From assembly GCA_015061805.1 (NCBI GenBank), contig SUVV01000009.1:31990-95989 (forward strand): a stretch of 64,000 bases of DNA, in the 5' to 3' direction. The notes under the pieces were generated by a model, which saw nothing but the letters and a program-made list of their open reading frames with translations, was not told the origin of the DNA and searched no databases. The translations under genes and the position numbers were made by a program. Source of the DNA: Lentisphaerota bacterium. Lineage in GTDB: Bacteria; Verrucomicrobiota; Lentisphaeria; Victivallales; Victivallaceae. Shown one piece after another: positions 47,896-58,509 of this stretch (position 1 is its first letter; each line of letters opens with the position of its first letter).

Positions 47896-48135
47896 ATGTC
47901 CGAAATTGCTGATAAAGTGAAAAAAATCGTCGTTGAACAGCTCGGTGTTTCTGAAGATCAGGTCACCCCGGAAGCCAAATTCATCGAAGACCTCGGCGCT
48001 GACTCTCTCGATCAGGTCGAATTGGTCATGGCTCTTGAAGAAGCCTTCGGTGCCGACATTCCGGACGAAGAAGCCGAAAAGCTGACCACCGTCGGCGATG
48101 CGATCGCTTACGTTGAAAGCAAGAACCAGGGATAA
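47896..48135 (+). CDS. acpP: Acyl carrier protein
   Basis: 79 aa with the phosphopantetheine attachment motif [17 protein letters not shown]. Confidence 0.95.
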   Translation: MSEIADKVKKIVVEQLGVSEDQVTPEAKFIEDLGADSLDQVELVMALEEAFGADIPDEEAEKLTTVGDAIAYVESKNQG

Positions 48136-48288
48136 TTTTCCTGTCAGATTGTTTTCCGGCGCAATTTGTTGCGGAATGATCTTCACGATCTTTCCGCCGA
48201 CAGTTGCGCGAAGGGATCTGCGGTCACTGATCGGCGACGGTTGGTGACCTTGTTTTTTTTAACCACCATTGAGAATTTCTGTAATATT

Positions 48289-49545
48289 ATGAACGAACGC
48301 AGAGTTGTTGTTACCGGTTGCGGCGTCCTGTCATGCGTCGGCAACAATGTTGGCGATTTCTGGGATTCTCTCGTAAACGGCAAATGCGGACTTGGACAAA
48401 TCACCCGTTTTGACACCTCTGCCTACCGCACTCATATCGCCGGAGAGATCAAGGATTTCGATGTTACCCGTTACATGTCCGCCAAAGATGCCCACCGGAT
48501 GGACCTTTACACCCAATATGCCATGGCAGCTGCCGATGAAGCACTGCGTTCAGCCGGGCTCTACGTCGAACCGGGCGAAAAACGTCCCGACGGCGACCGT
48601 TTCGGTGCCATCGTTCCCAGCGGTATCGGCGGACTCGGTACCCTCGAACGCGAACACGAAACTCTGCTCAATCGCGGACCCCGCCGGGTTTCCCCCTTTC
48701 TGATCCCGATGATGATCGGTGATATCGCTTCCGGAAACCTCGCCATCCGCTACGATCTGCGCGGACCCAACATGGGTCTTGCCACCGCCTGTGCCACCGC
48801 CTGTCACTCCATCGGTGAAGCATACTGGATGATCAAACGCGACGATGCCGATGTCATGGTCGCCGGCGGCGCCGAAGCCTGCGTCGTCCCCACCAGTCTT
48901 GCCGGATTCTGCGCTCTCCAGGCGCTCTCCACCCGCAACGATGATCCGCAGCATGCCAGCCGCCCGTTTGACCGCGACCGCGATGGTTTCGTCATGTCCG
49001 AAGCCGCCGGTGTCATGGTCATCGAAGAACTCGGTCACGCCATCCGCCGCGGCGCCCCGATCCTCGCTGAGGTCGTCGGTTACGGTGCCACCGCCGATGC
49101 TTATCATATCACCAGCCCCGCCCCCGACGGCAACGGCTGTGCCAGAGCAATGCAAATGGCGATGCGTCATGCCGGAATCACTCCGGATGAGGTCGACTAC
49201 ATCAACGCTCACGGTACCAGTACTTCGCTCAACGACAAGTTTGAAACGCTTGCCATCAAGAGCGCCTTCGGTGAAGCCGCTTCCAAAGTCGCCATCAGCA
49301 GTACCAAAGGTACTACCGGTCACTCCCTCAGCGCCGCCGGCGGTCTGGAATGTATCGCCTGTGTCCAGAGTATCATCAACGGCATTATTCCTCCGACCAT
49401 CAACTACGAAAACCCCGATCCGGAATGTGATCTCAATTACACTCCCAATCAGGCCGTCAAGCGTACTGTCAATTACGCGATGAACAGCAATTTGGGTTTT
49501 GGCGGTCACAACGGTGTGATGTTGTTCAAAAAATTTGAAAATTGA
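48289..49545 (+). CDS. fabF: 3-oxoacyl-ACP synthase II
   Basis: RRVVVTGCG start, active-site ATACAT (Cys), HGTST and GHSLSAAG motifs. The ATG at 48289 was chosen over the ORF-track extension. Confidence 0.95.
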   Translation: MNERRVVVTGCGVLSCVGNNVGDFWDSLVNGKCGLGQITRFDTSAYRTHIAGEIKDFDVTRYMSAKDAHRMDLYTQYAMAAADEALRSAGLYVEPGEKRPDGDRFGAIVPSGIGGLGTLEREHETLLNRGPRRVSPFLIPMMIGDIASGNLAIRYDLRGPNMGLATACATACHSIGEAYWMIKRDDADVMVAGGAEACVVPTSLAGFCALQALSTRNDDPQHASRPFDRDRDGFVMSEAAGVMVIEELGHAIRRGAPILAEVVGYGATADAYHITSPAPDGNGCARAMQMAMRHAGITPDEVDYINAHGTSTSLNDKFETLAIKSAFGEAASKVAISSTKGTTGHSLSAAGGLECIACVQSIINGIIPPTINYENPDPECDLNYTPNQAVKRTVNYAMNSNLGFGGHNGVMLFKKFEN

Positions 49546-49597
49546 TCCGGTCCTCCGGATCTTCGCTTAAAAGTCAAACATTTGGGGAACAGTTTTT

Positions 49598-50221
49598 ATG
49601 AGAAACATTTGGTCAGTTGCCGCAGTTGCTGCGGTTGTCGTCCTCTGCGGTTGTCGGCACACCACTGTCGACCAGGTCAAAGCCAGCGATGGCATGAATG
49701 ACTGGTATCAGTACATCAAAGATAACTATCCCGGTTTCCAGCCGCCGCCGCTGGTATCTCCCGGAATCTCCGGGCAGACCGCCGCGGGAACTGCCGGAAA
49801 TGAAAAAGCATTGCCTGCCGACAACAGTGCAGTTGATCCCGAAAACAATGTGGAAGCCATTCCCGTTGACCCGGTGCCGGTTCAGGACAACAAAGCCGAA
49901 GTGAAGACCGAAGCCGAAACTGCACCTGCTGCCAAAGAAGAAGCCAAGGCCGAAGTCAAAACTGAAGCCAAAGCCGAAGCAGAAGTGAAACCTGCCGCCA
50001 ATGCCGGTGCTGAAAATGAAGCCAAACCGGCAGTGGAACCCCCGGATCCCACCAGCAGCGAGATCTACGTTGTCAAATACGGTGATACTCTGGGTGCGAT
50101 CTCCAAAAAGTTCTATGGCAGTGTCCGGTATGTCAATTTGCTGCAGAAGGCAAACTCCGACATCATCACCAATGCCAATGTCCTTAAACCGGGCATGAAA
50201 CTTATCATCCCCAAATTGTAA
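49598..50221 (+). CDS. LysM-domain lipoprotein with an Ala/Glu/Lys-rich linker
   Basis: Lipobox VVLCGC and a C-terminal LysM domain YVVKYGDTLGAISKKFYG...LKPGMKLIIP. Confidence 0.8.
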   Translation: MRNIWSVAAVAAVVVLCGCRHTTVDQVKASDGMNDWYQYIKDNYPGFQPPPLVSPGISGQTAAGTAGNEKALPADNSAVDPENNVEAIPVDPVPVQDNKAEVKTEAETAPAAKEEAKAEVKTEAKAEAEVKPAANAGAENEAKPAVEPPDPTSSEIYVVKYGDTLGAISKKFYGSVRYVNLLQKANSDIITNANVLKPGMKLIIPKL

Positions 50222-50237
50222 GCGCCCATACTGCCGG

Positions 50238-51272
50238 ATGGCTGATCCGGAATTTCTCAACGGATCAGCCGCAATTTCCGGCGCTCCACCGTCAATGGAA
50301 CAACAACGCTTTTATTTTGAACCCGGTCTTTCTTTCCATGCCTTCGGCGTGAAAGACGAAGTACGTCTGCTCAAACAGATATCATCCGAATTTCAGATCG
50401 GGATCAATTCCAGAGATAACTGGGTGGAATTATCCGGAGAAACTCCTGCGGTCGCCAAAGCAGTGAAGTTTTTGGAAGAACTGCAGAAAATATTCAAACT
50501 CCGGCAAAAGGAACTCGAACGTTCCGATGTTGAACTGGTTCTGCGCCAATGCCGCCGGAACGATGGCCCCGGACTGGAAAATTTATGGAAAGAACGGATC
50601 GAACTTGCCTCCGGCAGACGCCCCGTAATGCCCCGTTCCCGGCGGCAGCTCGACTACATTAAAACCATGCGCCAGCATGAAGTGGTCTTCGGGATCGGCC
50701 CCGCCGGTACCGGAAAAACCTATCTGGCAATGGCAATGGCGGTCTCCATGTTCCTCAAAGGTGAGGTCAGCCGGATCATCCTCACCCGCCCCGCCAGAGA
50801 ATCCGGCGAACGTCTGGGCTTTCTGCCCGGAACCCTTGAAGATAAAGTTTCCCCTTATCTGCGGCCCCTCTACGACGCACTCTACGAAATGATGAGCGTC
50901 GAAGATGCCCAGAATCTGATTTCCCGCAATATCATTGAAATCGCACCGCTGGCTTTCATGCGGGGCAGAACTTTGAGCAATGCGTTTATTATTCTGGACG
51001 AAGCACAGAACACCTCTCCGGAACAGATGCTGATGTTTCTGACCCGGATGGGATTCGGTTCCAGATGTATCATCACCGGCGACCCCAGCCAGTCCGATCT
51101 GGGCAAGAATGAACTTTCCGGACTGAACCGGGCTCTGCGCTCACTCCGCAATATCTCTGAACTGGGATTTGTTTTCTTTGACACCGGCGATGTCGTCCGT
51201 CACGCTCTGCTGGAAAAAATCATCAATGCCTACAACACCGAACCGGCTACCCGGCCCCAGGAGAATGTATGA
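50238..51272 (+). CDS. phoH: PhoH-family ATPase
   Basis: Walker A GPAGTGKTYLAMA, ILDEAQN Walker B and ITGDPSQSD. An alternative start lies at 50295. Confidence 0.9.
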   Translation: MADPEFLNGSAAISGAPPSMEQQRFYFEPGLSFHAFGVKDEVRLLKQISSEFQIGINSRDNWVELSGETPAVAKAVKFLEELQKIFKLRQKELERSDVELVLRQCRRNDGPGLENLWKERIELASGRRPVMPRSRRQLDYIKTMRQHEVVFGIGPAGTGKTYLAMAMAVSMFLKGEVSRIILTRPARESGERLGFLPGTLEDKVSPYLRPLYDALYEMMSVEDAQNLISRNIIEIAPLAFMRGRTLSNAFIILDEAQNTSPEQMLMFLTRMGFGSRCIITGDPSQSDLGKNELSGLNRALRSLRNISELGFVFFDTGDVVRHALLEKIINAYNTEPATRPQENV

Positions 51273-53524
51273 GCAATCAGGAAAATCATAATGTCGGGCG
51301 CAACCGCGCAGAAAAAACTTTGTCCACCTCGCCGGTACCAACGATCCTGGTGCTGGTATTCATCTGGGTGACGGCGGCGGTATTGTTAACATTGTCGCTT
51401 TTGAGTCAGCGGGATTTCACCATTTTCAAAAAGGGTGACATTGCGCCGTTTTCGACTTGGGCGCTGACCGACTTCATGTATGTTGACAAAGCAAAGACCA
51501 ATGCGGAAAAAGCCGCTGCCCGTCAGGCGGCGCCGGAATATCTGTGCATAAGCGAACCGAGCTGTGCCAAACTGGATCACGATCTGGATACCTTCCTCGC
51601 CGCCGCCAGAAACCGCAGTGAAGTCGAACAGCAGAAACGCAAATATATCCCCAGCGCCAGTCTGCCGGCGCAACAGGCAGGTGATTTCAAAAATTTTGCT
51701 GATTTGAGCAATTTCATTGCTGACAGGAAAAATGTTGATCTGCTGCAGAAAAAATTCCGGAGCGTCGCAAGTCACGGCATCGCACTTCCCGAACAATTGG
51801 AAAAAAAGAATATCCGGATCATCACTGCCGGCGGCAGACAGTTGGATAACTTCATTCCGCCGCTCCCGGCAGATGCCGCATCTGAAGTACTGCGGGAATT
51901 CAAAATTGCTGAAAATTTCAAAACCGAACTCCATATGGTGCTCTCCCGTCTGATGGAAAAAGGCAATCTGGTCTACGATCAGGAACGTACCAGAAACGGA
52001 CAGGATGCCGCATCTGCCAAAGTACCGAATTCCTACAAAAAATGCCGCCGCAACGAATTGATCGTGGCGGAAGGTGCATTGATCACCGGGGAACTCATCG
52101 ATAAGATCACGGCAGAGAAAAATGCACTTCCTCAAAACTTCGGTATGGCGATATTCTACTACCGTTTGGGAATAAGTTTCCTGCTGCTGCTGGTGGCATT
52201 TCTGTTTCTTTACAATACCTATCCGGGCTTTTTCAGTTCGACCAGCCGGATATCCATCGCCGGAGTGACGGTGATCTTGTCACTGATTATAAATTACGCT
52301 GTGATATACAGTTTTTTCTATCTGGTGAAATTTGAACGGATCTCCGACTATCAACTGCTGCTGGTACTGGTACCGATACCGTTGTGTGCGGCGTTGTGCA
52401 CCGCATTTCTGGGCAACCGCAGTGCGATTTTTGCGCTGTTTCTGGTTTCCGGGGTGACGGCGATGATGGTATTTCCCGACCGTTCGTTTGAATTGGCACT
52501 GCGCTGGTTCTTTACCGGGATGCTGGTGGCGCTCTCCGTCCGCAATGTCCGGAACTACCGCAGTTTCTTTTTCCGGGTATTCATTTTCGGGGCTTTGAGC
52601 ATAGCGCTGATCAACAGTGATACGCTCATCAATGCCGGAAACACCAATTTTATCGAAGCGGCGATCGTGATATTCATCAACAGTTTCGGCTGTGCGGTGG
52701 CGTCATTGCTTCTGGTATTCGCCTTTGAACTTATTTTCAACGCCGATACCAACATGTCACTGATGGTACTGTGCGACTACAGCCACCCGCTGTTGGATGA
52801 GTTGAAACGGCAGGCACCGGGAACCATGTTCCACTCCATGAATGTCGCCACCCTTGCGGAAGATGCCGCCCGCGCCATCCGCGCCAATCCGCTGAAAGCC
52901 AAAGCCGGAGCACTCTTCCACGATATCGGTAAATTGAGCAACCCCAGTTACTTCGTGGAAAACAACATCCACAGTCCGGCGGAACACGAACAACTTCAGC
53001 CCCGGCAGAGTGCCGCTATCATCCGCGAACATGTCAGCGCCGGAGCCGACCTCGGCCGCAAACACCGGTTGAGCCGCTTTATCCGGGATGCCATAACCAC
53101 CCATCACGGCGACGATCTGGTATCGTTTTTCTACCGGAAAGCGGTGGAAGCACATGAACAGAATCCCGGTTCACCTCCGGTTTTTGAATCGGATTTCCGC
53201 TACAACGGCGAGGCGCCGTCTGAAAAAGAACTCTCCATCATCTCGCTTGCGGATGCCTGCGAAGCCGCCTGCCGCAGTCTGAAAGATCCTTCCGAAGCCA
53301 ATATCCGGGAAATGGTCAACAATATCTTTATCCACCGGTTCCGTCAGGGACAACTGCGGGATTCCAAACTTTCCCTCGAAGAACTGCACACCGTACGCGA
53401 ATGTTTCATCAAAGATCTGGTCAACTTCAACCACGGCCGGATCGCCTACAATAAGGAAAATAAAAATGATTCTGCTGAACAGTCAGTGGTACTGCCGAAG
53501 CCGGAAAGTTCCGAAAAAAAGTGA
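51269..53524 (+). CDS. 7TM-HD membrane phosphohydrolase (PgpH/YqfF-like, HDIG)
   Basis: Extracellular N-terminal region, seven TM segments and a C-terminal HD domain (HSMNVA, LFHDIGKL, THHGD). ATGA overlap with phoH. Confidence 0.85.
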   Translation: MSNQENHNVGRNRAEKTLSTSPVPTILVLVFIWVTAAVLLTLSLLSQRDFTIFKKGDIAPFSTWALTDFMYVDKAKTNAEKAAARQAAPEYLCISEPSCAKLDHDLDTFLAAARNRSEVEQQKRKYIPSASLPAQQAGDFKNFADLSNFIADRKNVDLLQKKFRSVASHGIALPEQLEKKNIRIITAGGRQLDNFIPPLPADAASEVLREFKIAENFKTELHMVLSRLMEKGNLVYDQERTRNGQDAASAKVPNSYKKCRRNELIVAEGALITGELIDKITAEKNALPQNFGMAIFYYRLGISFLLLLVAFLFLYNTYPGFFSSTSRISIAGVTVILSLIINYAVIYSFFYLVKFERISDYQLLLVLVPIPLCAALCTAFLGNRSAIFALFLVSGVTAMMVFPDRSFELALRWFFTGMLVALSVRNVRNYRSFFFRVFIFGALSIALINSDTLINAGNTNFIEAAIVIFINSFGCAVASLLLVFAFELIFNADTNMSLMVLCDYSHPLLDELKRQAPGTMFHSMNVATLAEDAARAIRANPLKAKAGALFHDIGKLSNPSYFVENNIHSPAEHEQLQPRQSAAIIREHVSAGADLGRKHRLSRFIRDAITTHHGDDLVSFFYRKAVEAHEQNPGSPPVFESDFRYNGEAPSEKELSIISLADACEAACRSLKDPSEANIREMVNNIFIHRFRQGQLRDSKLSLEELHTVRECFIKDLVNFNHGRIAYNKENKNDSAEQSVVLPKPESSEKK

Positions 53525-53957
53525 TTTGCGTAAATTCGTCCATCGCGCCGCCGAAACTGCCGGTCTGCCGGTGACTCCGGCATGGTGCTGCAATATTCTC
53601 TTTGTCGGCGACCGCCGGATGGCTCAAATGAATATGGATCTGCTCGGTCATGAAGGTACGACCGATGTGATAACTTTCAGTTACTTCGATGAACAGCCCG
53701 TCCCGGAAGCCGGAGATGTGATGGTCGAACTGATAGTCAACCCGGAAGCAGCCGTACGCGAAGGAGCCAAACGCCCCGGAGGTTACAGCCGGGAGGTTGC
53801 GTTGTATATCGTTCACGGTATGCTGCACAGCGCCGGAGAAGATGATCTTTCGGATGTTCCCCGCCGCCGGATGCGCCGCCGGGAACGCGAATGTATGGCG
53901 GTTCTGGAAAAAGAATTTGATCTTTCACTTTTGTTTCCGGATTCTCTTGACAGTTGA
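53466..53957 (+). CDS. ybeY: rRNA maturation endoribonuclease YbeY
   Basis: TTDVITFSY and VHGMLHSAGEDD motifs in the conserved phoH-pgpH-ybeY context. Overlaps the upstream gene by 59 nt. Confidence 0.8.
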   Translation: MILLNSQWYCRSRKVPKKSDLRKFVHRAAETAGLPVTPAWCCNILFVGDRRMAQMNMDLLGHEGTTDVITFSYFDEQPVPEAGDVMVELIVNPEAAVREGAKRPGGYSREVALYIVHGMLHSAGEDDLSDVPRRRMRRRERECMAVLEKEFDLSLLFPDSLDS

Positions 53958-54002
53958 AACAAGCCCGGTTATATTAATAGAAAACCTCTTGGAGAAATCA
54001 AC

Positions 54003-54386
54003 GTGAAAAATATTGTAATTATGTTGTTTGCCGCGCTTCTGGCAGCCGGCTGTTCGGTAAATCCTTTTGAAACTGCCAAAAATAATGTGGAAAATTCCAA
54101 AAAACTCCGGATCGGCATGACCAAAGCAGAGGTGCTTGCCGTCATGGGTGAACCGGTGAAAAATGAAGCTTTCCACCGTCCTGATATCTGGTTCTACTAC
54201 TTCAATATGAACTGGGGCGACGGATTCATTACCGAAGATGAGTGTTTCCCGCTCGTGTTTGAAAACGGTAAACTTGCCGGATGGGGCAATATGTATTATA
54301 CCCGTACCCGTCTGGAAAATAAAAACCGGGTCCCCAATATCGAATTTCCGGATAAAAAACAAAACAAAGAAGGTAAACAGAAATGA
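54003..54386 (+). CDS. Small lipoprotein, SmpA/OmlA (BamE)-like
   Basis: GTG start preceded by GGAGA, lipobox LLAAGCS, and the G-M-T-K-x-E-V-x-x-x-x-G-x-P motif ([15 protein letters not shown]). Confidence 0.5.
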   Translation: MKNIVIMLFAALLAAGCSVNPFETAKNNVENSKKLRIGMTKAEVLAVMGEPVKNEAFHRPDIWFYYFNMNWGDGFITEDECFPLVFENGKLAGWGNMYYTRTRLENKNRVPNIEFPDKKQNKEGKQK

Positions 54387-55435
54387 AAGTCATCGTCACC
54401 GGAGGCGCCGGATTCATCGGCTCCGCATTGATCCGCTACCTGATCAAAAATACCGATTGTACTGTACTCAATCTGGATAAACTCACCTATGCCGGAAATA
54501 CTGACAACCTCAAAGAGATCGATGATTCTCCGCGTTATCAGTTCGTTCAATGCGATATTTGCGATGAGGTGAAAGTCCGGGAAATTTTCAGCACTTTTGA
54601 ACCCGATACGATCATGCACCTCGCTGCGGAAAGCCACGTTGACCGTTCCATCGATGCCCCGCTGGAATTCGTCCGCACCAACGTCCTGGGTACTGCCAAT
54701 TTGCTGCACTGTGCGCTGAACTATTATCAGCAGCTTCCGGAAGAGAAAAAAGCGATCTTCCGTTTCCAGCACATTTCGACTGATGAAGTATACGGCTCTC
54801 TGGGCAAAGAAGGGTTCTTCAAGGAAACCACTCCCTACGACCCCAAATCACCGTATTCTGCGAGCAAGGCCTCTTCCGACCACATGGTGCGGGCCTGGGG
54901 ACACACCTTCAAACTTCCGGTGCTGCTGTCCAACTGTTCCAACAACTACGGCCCCTACCACTTCCCGGAAAAACTCATTCCGCTGATCATCCTCAATGCG
55001 CTCGACGGCAAACCGCTCCCGATCTACGGCAAGGGCGACAACGTCCGCGACTGGCTCTTTGTGGAAGACCACGCCCGGGCGCTCTGGCAGATCAACCGCA
55101 ACGGCAAACCCGGTGAAACCTACAACATCGGCGGCAACAGCGAACGCACCAATCTGGAAGTGGTCGAAAGCTGCTGCAAGATCCTCGATGAACTGGTTCC
55201 CAAAGCGGAATCCTATTCCAAACAGATCACCTTCGTTGCCGACCGCCCCGGCCATGACCAGCGCTACGCAATCGATGCCTCCAAACTCAAACGCGAACTC
55301 AACTGGGAACCGCTGACCAGATTTGAAGACGGTTTGCGCGCTACCGTCAAATGGTATTTGGACAATGACTGGTGGTGGCGCCCCATCAGAGAAAAGAATT
55401 ATGCCGGTGAACGCCTCGGTAAAGGAGGAAAATAA
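54383..55435 (+). CDS. rfbB: dTDP-glucose 4,6-dehydratase
   Basis: [17 protein letters not shown] and [10 protein letters not shown] (YxxxK) motifs. Confidence 0.95.
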   Translation: MKVIVTGGAGFIGSALIRYLIKNTDCTVLNLDKLTYAGNTDNLKEIDDSPRYQFVQCDICDEVKVREIFSTFEPDTIMHLAAESHVDRSIDAPLEFVRTNVLGTANLLHCALNYYQQLPEEKKAIFRFQHISTDEVYGSLGKEGFFKETTPYDPKSPYSASKASSDHMVRAWGHTFKLPVLLSNCSNNYGPYHFPEKLIPLIILNALDGKPLPIYGKGDNVRDWLFVEDHARALWQINRNGKPGETYNIGGNSERTNLEVVESCCKILDELVPKAESYSKQITFVADRPGHDQRYAIDASKLKRELNWEPLTRFEDGLRATVKWYLDNDWWWRPIREKNYAGERLGKGGK

Positions 55436-55436
55436 G

Positions 55437-56318
55437 ATGAAAGGTATCGTACTTGCCGGAGGAGCCGGAACCCGGCTTCATCCGATGACCCTCGGAACAT
55501 CCAAACAGTTGCTGGCGATCTACGACAAGCCGATGATCTACTATCCGCTGTCGGTGCTGATGCTCGCCGGGATCCGGGACATTCTCATTATCACCACCCC
55601 GGAGGAACAGTTCTGCTTCAAGCGTCTGCTGGGTGACGGCAGCCGTTTCGGAGTGAATTTCACCTACGCCGTTCAGCCCTCTCCGGACGGTCTGGCACAG
55701 GCCTTTATCATCGGTGAAGAATTCATCGGCAATGACCGGGTCTGTCTGGTACTTGGAGATAATATCTTCTACGGCGCCGACCTCGGCAAGATTTTGCGAA
55801 ACGCCGCCGCCAGAGAAGTTGGAGCCACCGTTTTCGGTTACTATGTACGCGACCCGGAACGCTTCGGTGTTGTGGAATTCGACAAATGCGGCAAAGCGGT
55901 TTCCATCGAAGAAAAACCGCAGCAGCCCAAATCCAATTATGCCGTGACCGGGCTCTACTTCTACGATAACGATGTCGTGGAAATCGCCAAAAACATCAAG
56001 CCCTCCGCCCGCGGCGAACTGGAAATCACCGCAGTCAACAATGTCTATCTGCAGCGCGGTACGCTTCAGGTGGAAAAACTCGGACGCGGCTACGCCTGGC
56101 TCGATACCGGCACCCCGGACAGCATGCTTGATGCCTGCAACTTCATCAAAGCCGTCGAAACCCGTCAGGGACTGCAGGTCGCCTGTCTGGAAGAGATCGC
56201 CTTCTGCAATGGCTGGCTGAATGCGGAATCCGCCTTGAGCGCCGTTGCCAACATGCGGAAAACCGATTATGCACACTATTTGGAACAGCGGGTCAGAGAA
56301 TGGGAAAATTCAAAGTAA
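55437..56318 (+). CDS. rfbA: Glucose-1-phosphate thymidylyltransferase
   Basis: [26 protein letters not shown] and EKP motifs. AAAGGAGG ribosome-binding site. The ORF-track extension was discarded. Confidence 0.95.
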   Translation: MKGIVLAGGAGTRLHPMTLGTSKQLLAIYDKPMIYYPLSVLMLAGIRDILIITTPEEQFCFKRLLGDGSRFGVNFTYAVQPSPDGLAQAFIIGEEFIGNDRVCLVLGDNIFYGADLGKILRNAAAREVGATVFGYYVRDPERFGVVEFDKCGKAVSIEEKPQQPKSNYAVTGLYFYDNDVVEIAKNIKPSARGELEITAVNNVYLQRGTLQVEKLGRGYAWLDTGTPDSMLDACNFIKAVETRQGLQVACLEEIAFCNGWLNAESALSAVANMRKTDYAHYLEQRVREWENSK

Positions 56319-56854
56319 TCTCCAAAGTCGATAATGGTGTAATGCTGATCGAACCGGCAGTTTTCGGTGACAGCCGCGGCTATTTTCTGGAAAGTTACAA
56401 CAAAGCCGATCTGGCAGAGATCGGTATTGTCAATGAATTTATTCAGGACAATGAATCCTTTTCCTCTTACGGTGTCGTCCGGGGACTGCACTATCAGGCA
56501 CAGCCCTACACCCAAGCCAAACTGGTGCGGGTGATCAGCGGCAAAGTATTGGATATTGCGGTGGATATCCGCAAGGATTCTCCGGATTTCGGCAAGGTTT
56601 TCACGGCAGAACTCTCCGGCGAAAATCACCGCCAGTTCTACATTCCCCGCGGCTTTGCCCACGGTTTTGCCGTTTTGAGTGAAACGGCATTGTTCGCCTA
56701 CAAGTGCGATAATATCTATCATCCGGAGAGCGACCGCGGAATCGCGTTCAATGACCCGGAATTGAATATCGCCTGGCCGATCCCGCAGGAAAAAATGCTG
56801 CTTTCCGCAAAGGATTTGAAGCATCCCTGCCTGAAAGACGCTGAAACATTTTAA
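56300..56854 (+). CDS. rfbC: dTDP-4-dehydrorhamnose 3,5-epimerase
   Basis: [18 protein letters not shown] and [18 protein letters not shown] motifs. Confidence 0.95.
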   Translation: MGKFKVISKVDNGVMLIEPAVFGDSRGYFLESYNKADLAEIGIVNEFIQDNESFSSYGVVRGLHYQAQPYTQAKLVRVISGKVLDIAVDIRKDSPDFGKVFTAELSGENHRQFYIPRGFAHGFAVLSETALFAYKCDNIYHPESDRGIAFNDPELNIAWPIPQEKMLLSAKDLKHPCLKDAETF

Positions 56855-56886
56855 TTTTACCAGCATATAGCAGGAGATAATTTTTT

Positions 56887-57741
56887 ATGAAAATCATGCT
56901 GACCGGCGGACGCGGAATGTTGGGCAGAACTCTGACCTCGGTTCTCAAGACCTCTCATGAAGTTCTGGTCACCGACTATCCGGAAGCTGACATCACCGAC
57001 TATTTTTCCATCAGCAGCGCCATCCGCCGATGCACCCCGGATGTCGTTATTCACTGTGCCGCCAAGACCGCAGTCGATCTTTGCGAAACCGAACAGGTTT
57101 CAGCTTACACTCTCAACGCCTACGGTTCAGCCAATGTTGCCAAAGCCTGTTTTGAAAATGATGTGCGGCTGATTGCGATCTCCACCGATTATGTTTTTGA
57201 CGGAAACAATCCGATACCCCGCAAAGAAAGCGATCCTGCCACCGGCGGCAACACCGTCTACGGCAAAAGCAAATTTCTCGGCGAACAACTTATCATGAAT
57301 CTCTGTCCGACCGCTCTGATCTGCCGGGTGGCGTGGCTCTATGGCAACGGTGGTCCGAGTTTCGTCCATACCATTTTGAAACTTGCCGATGGTTCCCGTC
57401 CGCAACTCAAGGTGGTTTCCGATCAGATCGGCAACCCGACCAGTTGTCTGGCTGTGGCAAAGCACATGCGGATCATTCTCGAACATCCGGAACTTTGCGG
57501 CATCTGCCATCTGACCTGCGAAGGAGAGACCAGCTGGTTTGAATTCGCTAAAGAAATTTGCCGGTTGAATAATATCAATCAGGAGATCATTCCCTGTACC
57601 ACTGCGGAATTCCCCCGACCGGCACCCCGTCCGGCATACTCCTGCCTGGATAACGAAGTACTGCGCCTCAACGATCTGCCGCCGATGCCTCATTGGCAGA
57701 AAGCATTGGAAAATTTCTTCATCCGCGGTTCAATCTGGTAA
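56887..57741 (+). CDS. rfbD: dTDP-4-dehydrorhamnose reductase
   Basis: MKIMLTGGRGMLG, STDYVFDG and YGKSK motifs. Confidence 0.9.
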   Translation: MKIMLTGGRGMLGRTLTSVLKTSHEVLVTDYPEADITDYFSISSAIRRCTPDVVIHCAAKTAVDLCETEQVSAYTLNAYGSANVAKACFENDVRLIAISTDYVFDGNNPIPRKESDPATGGNTVYGKSKFLGEQLIMNLCPTALICRVAWLYGNGGPSFVHTILKLADGSRPQLKVVSDQIGNPTSCLAVAKHMRIILEHPELCGICHLTCEGETSWFEFAKEICRLNNINQEIIPCTTAEFPRPAPRPAYSCLDNEVLRLNDLPPMPHWQKALENFFIRGSIW

Positions 57742-57747
57742 GATACT

Positions 57748-58509
57748 ATGCAACGCAATGAATTGGTAAAATACCTCGATCAATTGCTCGATTTACCTGC
57801 TTTTACCGGAGATGTTTCCAACAACGGTCTGCAGATCGAAGGAAGATCCGAAGTAAAAAAGATCATGTTCGGAGTCGACGGCTGTCAGCAGATTTTCGAT
57901 CTGGCAGTCAGGGAAAATGCCGACTTTATTTTTGTCCACCACGGCTTGAGCTGGGGCGGCGGTTTGAAACGCTGGGTCGGAACGGATGCCAAACGTTTCA
58001 GTACCCTTTTCTGCAACGGGATCTCCCTGTATGCCGCCCATCTGCCGCTGGATGCGCATCCGGAATTGGGCAACAATGCGGTATTGAGCAGCATGATCGG
58101 ACTGGAACAGCGGGAAAAATTTTTCTGCTACGATGGAGTCGATATCGGTTTCTCCGGAATACTTCCGCAGGAGATGAGTTTGGAAAGTATCGCCGGCAAA
58201 CTGGCTTCAGCGCTGGATTGCAATTATCTGCTGCGCGGTTCTGCCGACCGGCTCTGCCGTAAAGCGGCAGTCGTTTCCGGCGGCGGCGGCATCGATTCGA
58301 TCTTTGAGGCTGCGGCAAAAGGATGCGATTTGCTCATTACCGGAGAGATGGAACACATCATGCACCATGCCGCACTGGAAACCGGAGTATCGGTAATCGC
58401 CCTCGGACACTACGCCAGCGAAACCACCGGTCCCAGGGCGATGATGGAACATATCCGGGAAAAATTTGATATCGAAGTCTGCTTTGCCGACTTGCCAACC
58501 GGATTGTGA
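57748..58509 (+). CDS. Nif3-family dinuclear metal centre protein
   Basis: DVSNNGLQIEG, FVHHGL, YAAHLPLD and LITGE motifs, 253 aa. Confidence 0.85.
   Translation: MQRNELVKYLDQLLDLPAFTGDVSNNGLQIEGRSEVKKIMFGVDGCQQIFDLAVRENADFIFVHHGLSWGGGLKRWVGTDAKRFSTLFCNGISLYAAHLPLDAHPELGNNAVLSSMIGLEQREKFFCYDGVDIGFSGILPQEMSLESIAGKLASALDCNYLLRGSADRLCRKAAVVSGGGGIDSIFEAAAKGCDLLITGEMEHIMHHAALETGVSVIALGHYASETTGPRAMMEHIREKFDIEVCFADLPTGL

Noticed and set aside
47731-48186. 151-aa minus-strand ORF spanning acpP
   Set aside because: acpP on the plus strand is unmistakable (LGADSLD). The antisense ORF has no supporting features.
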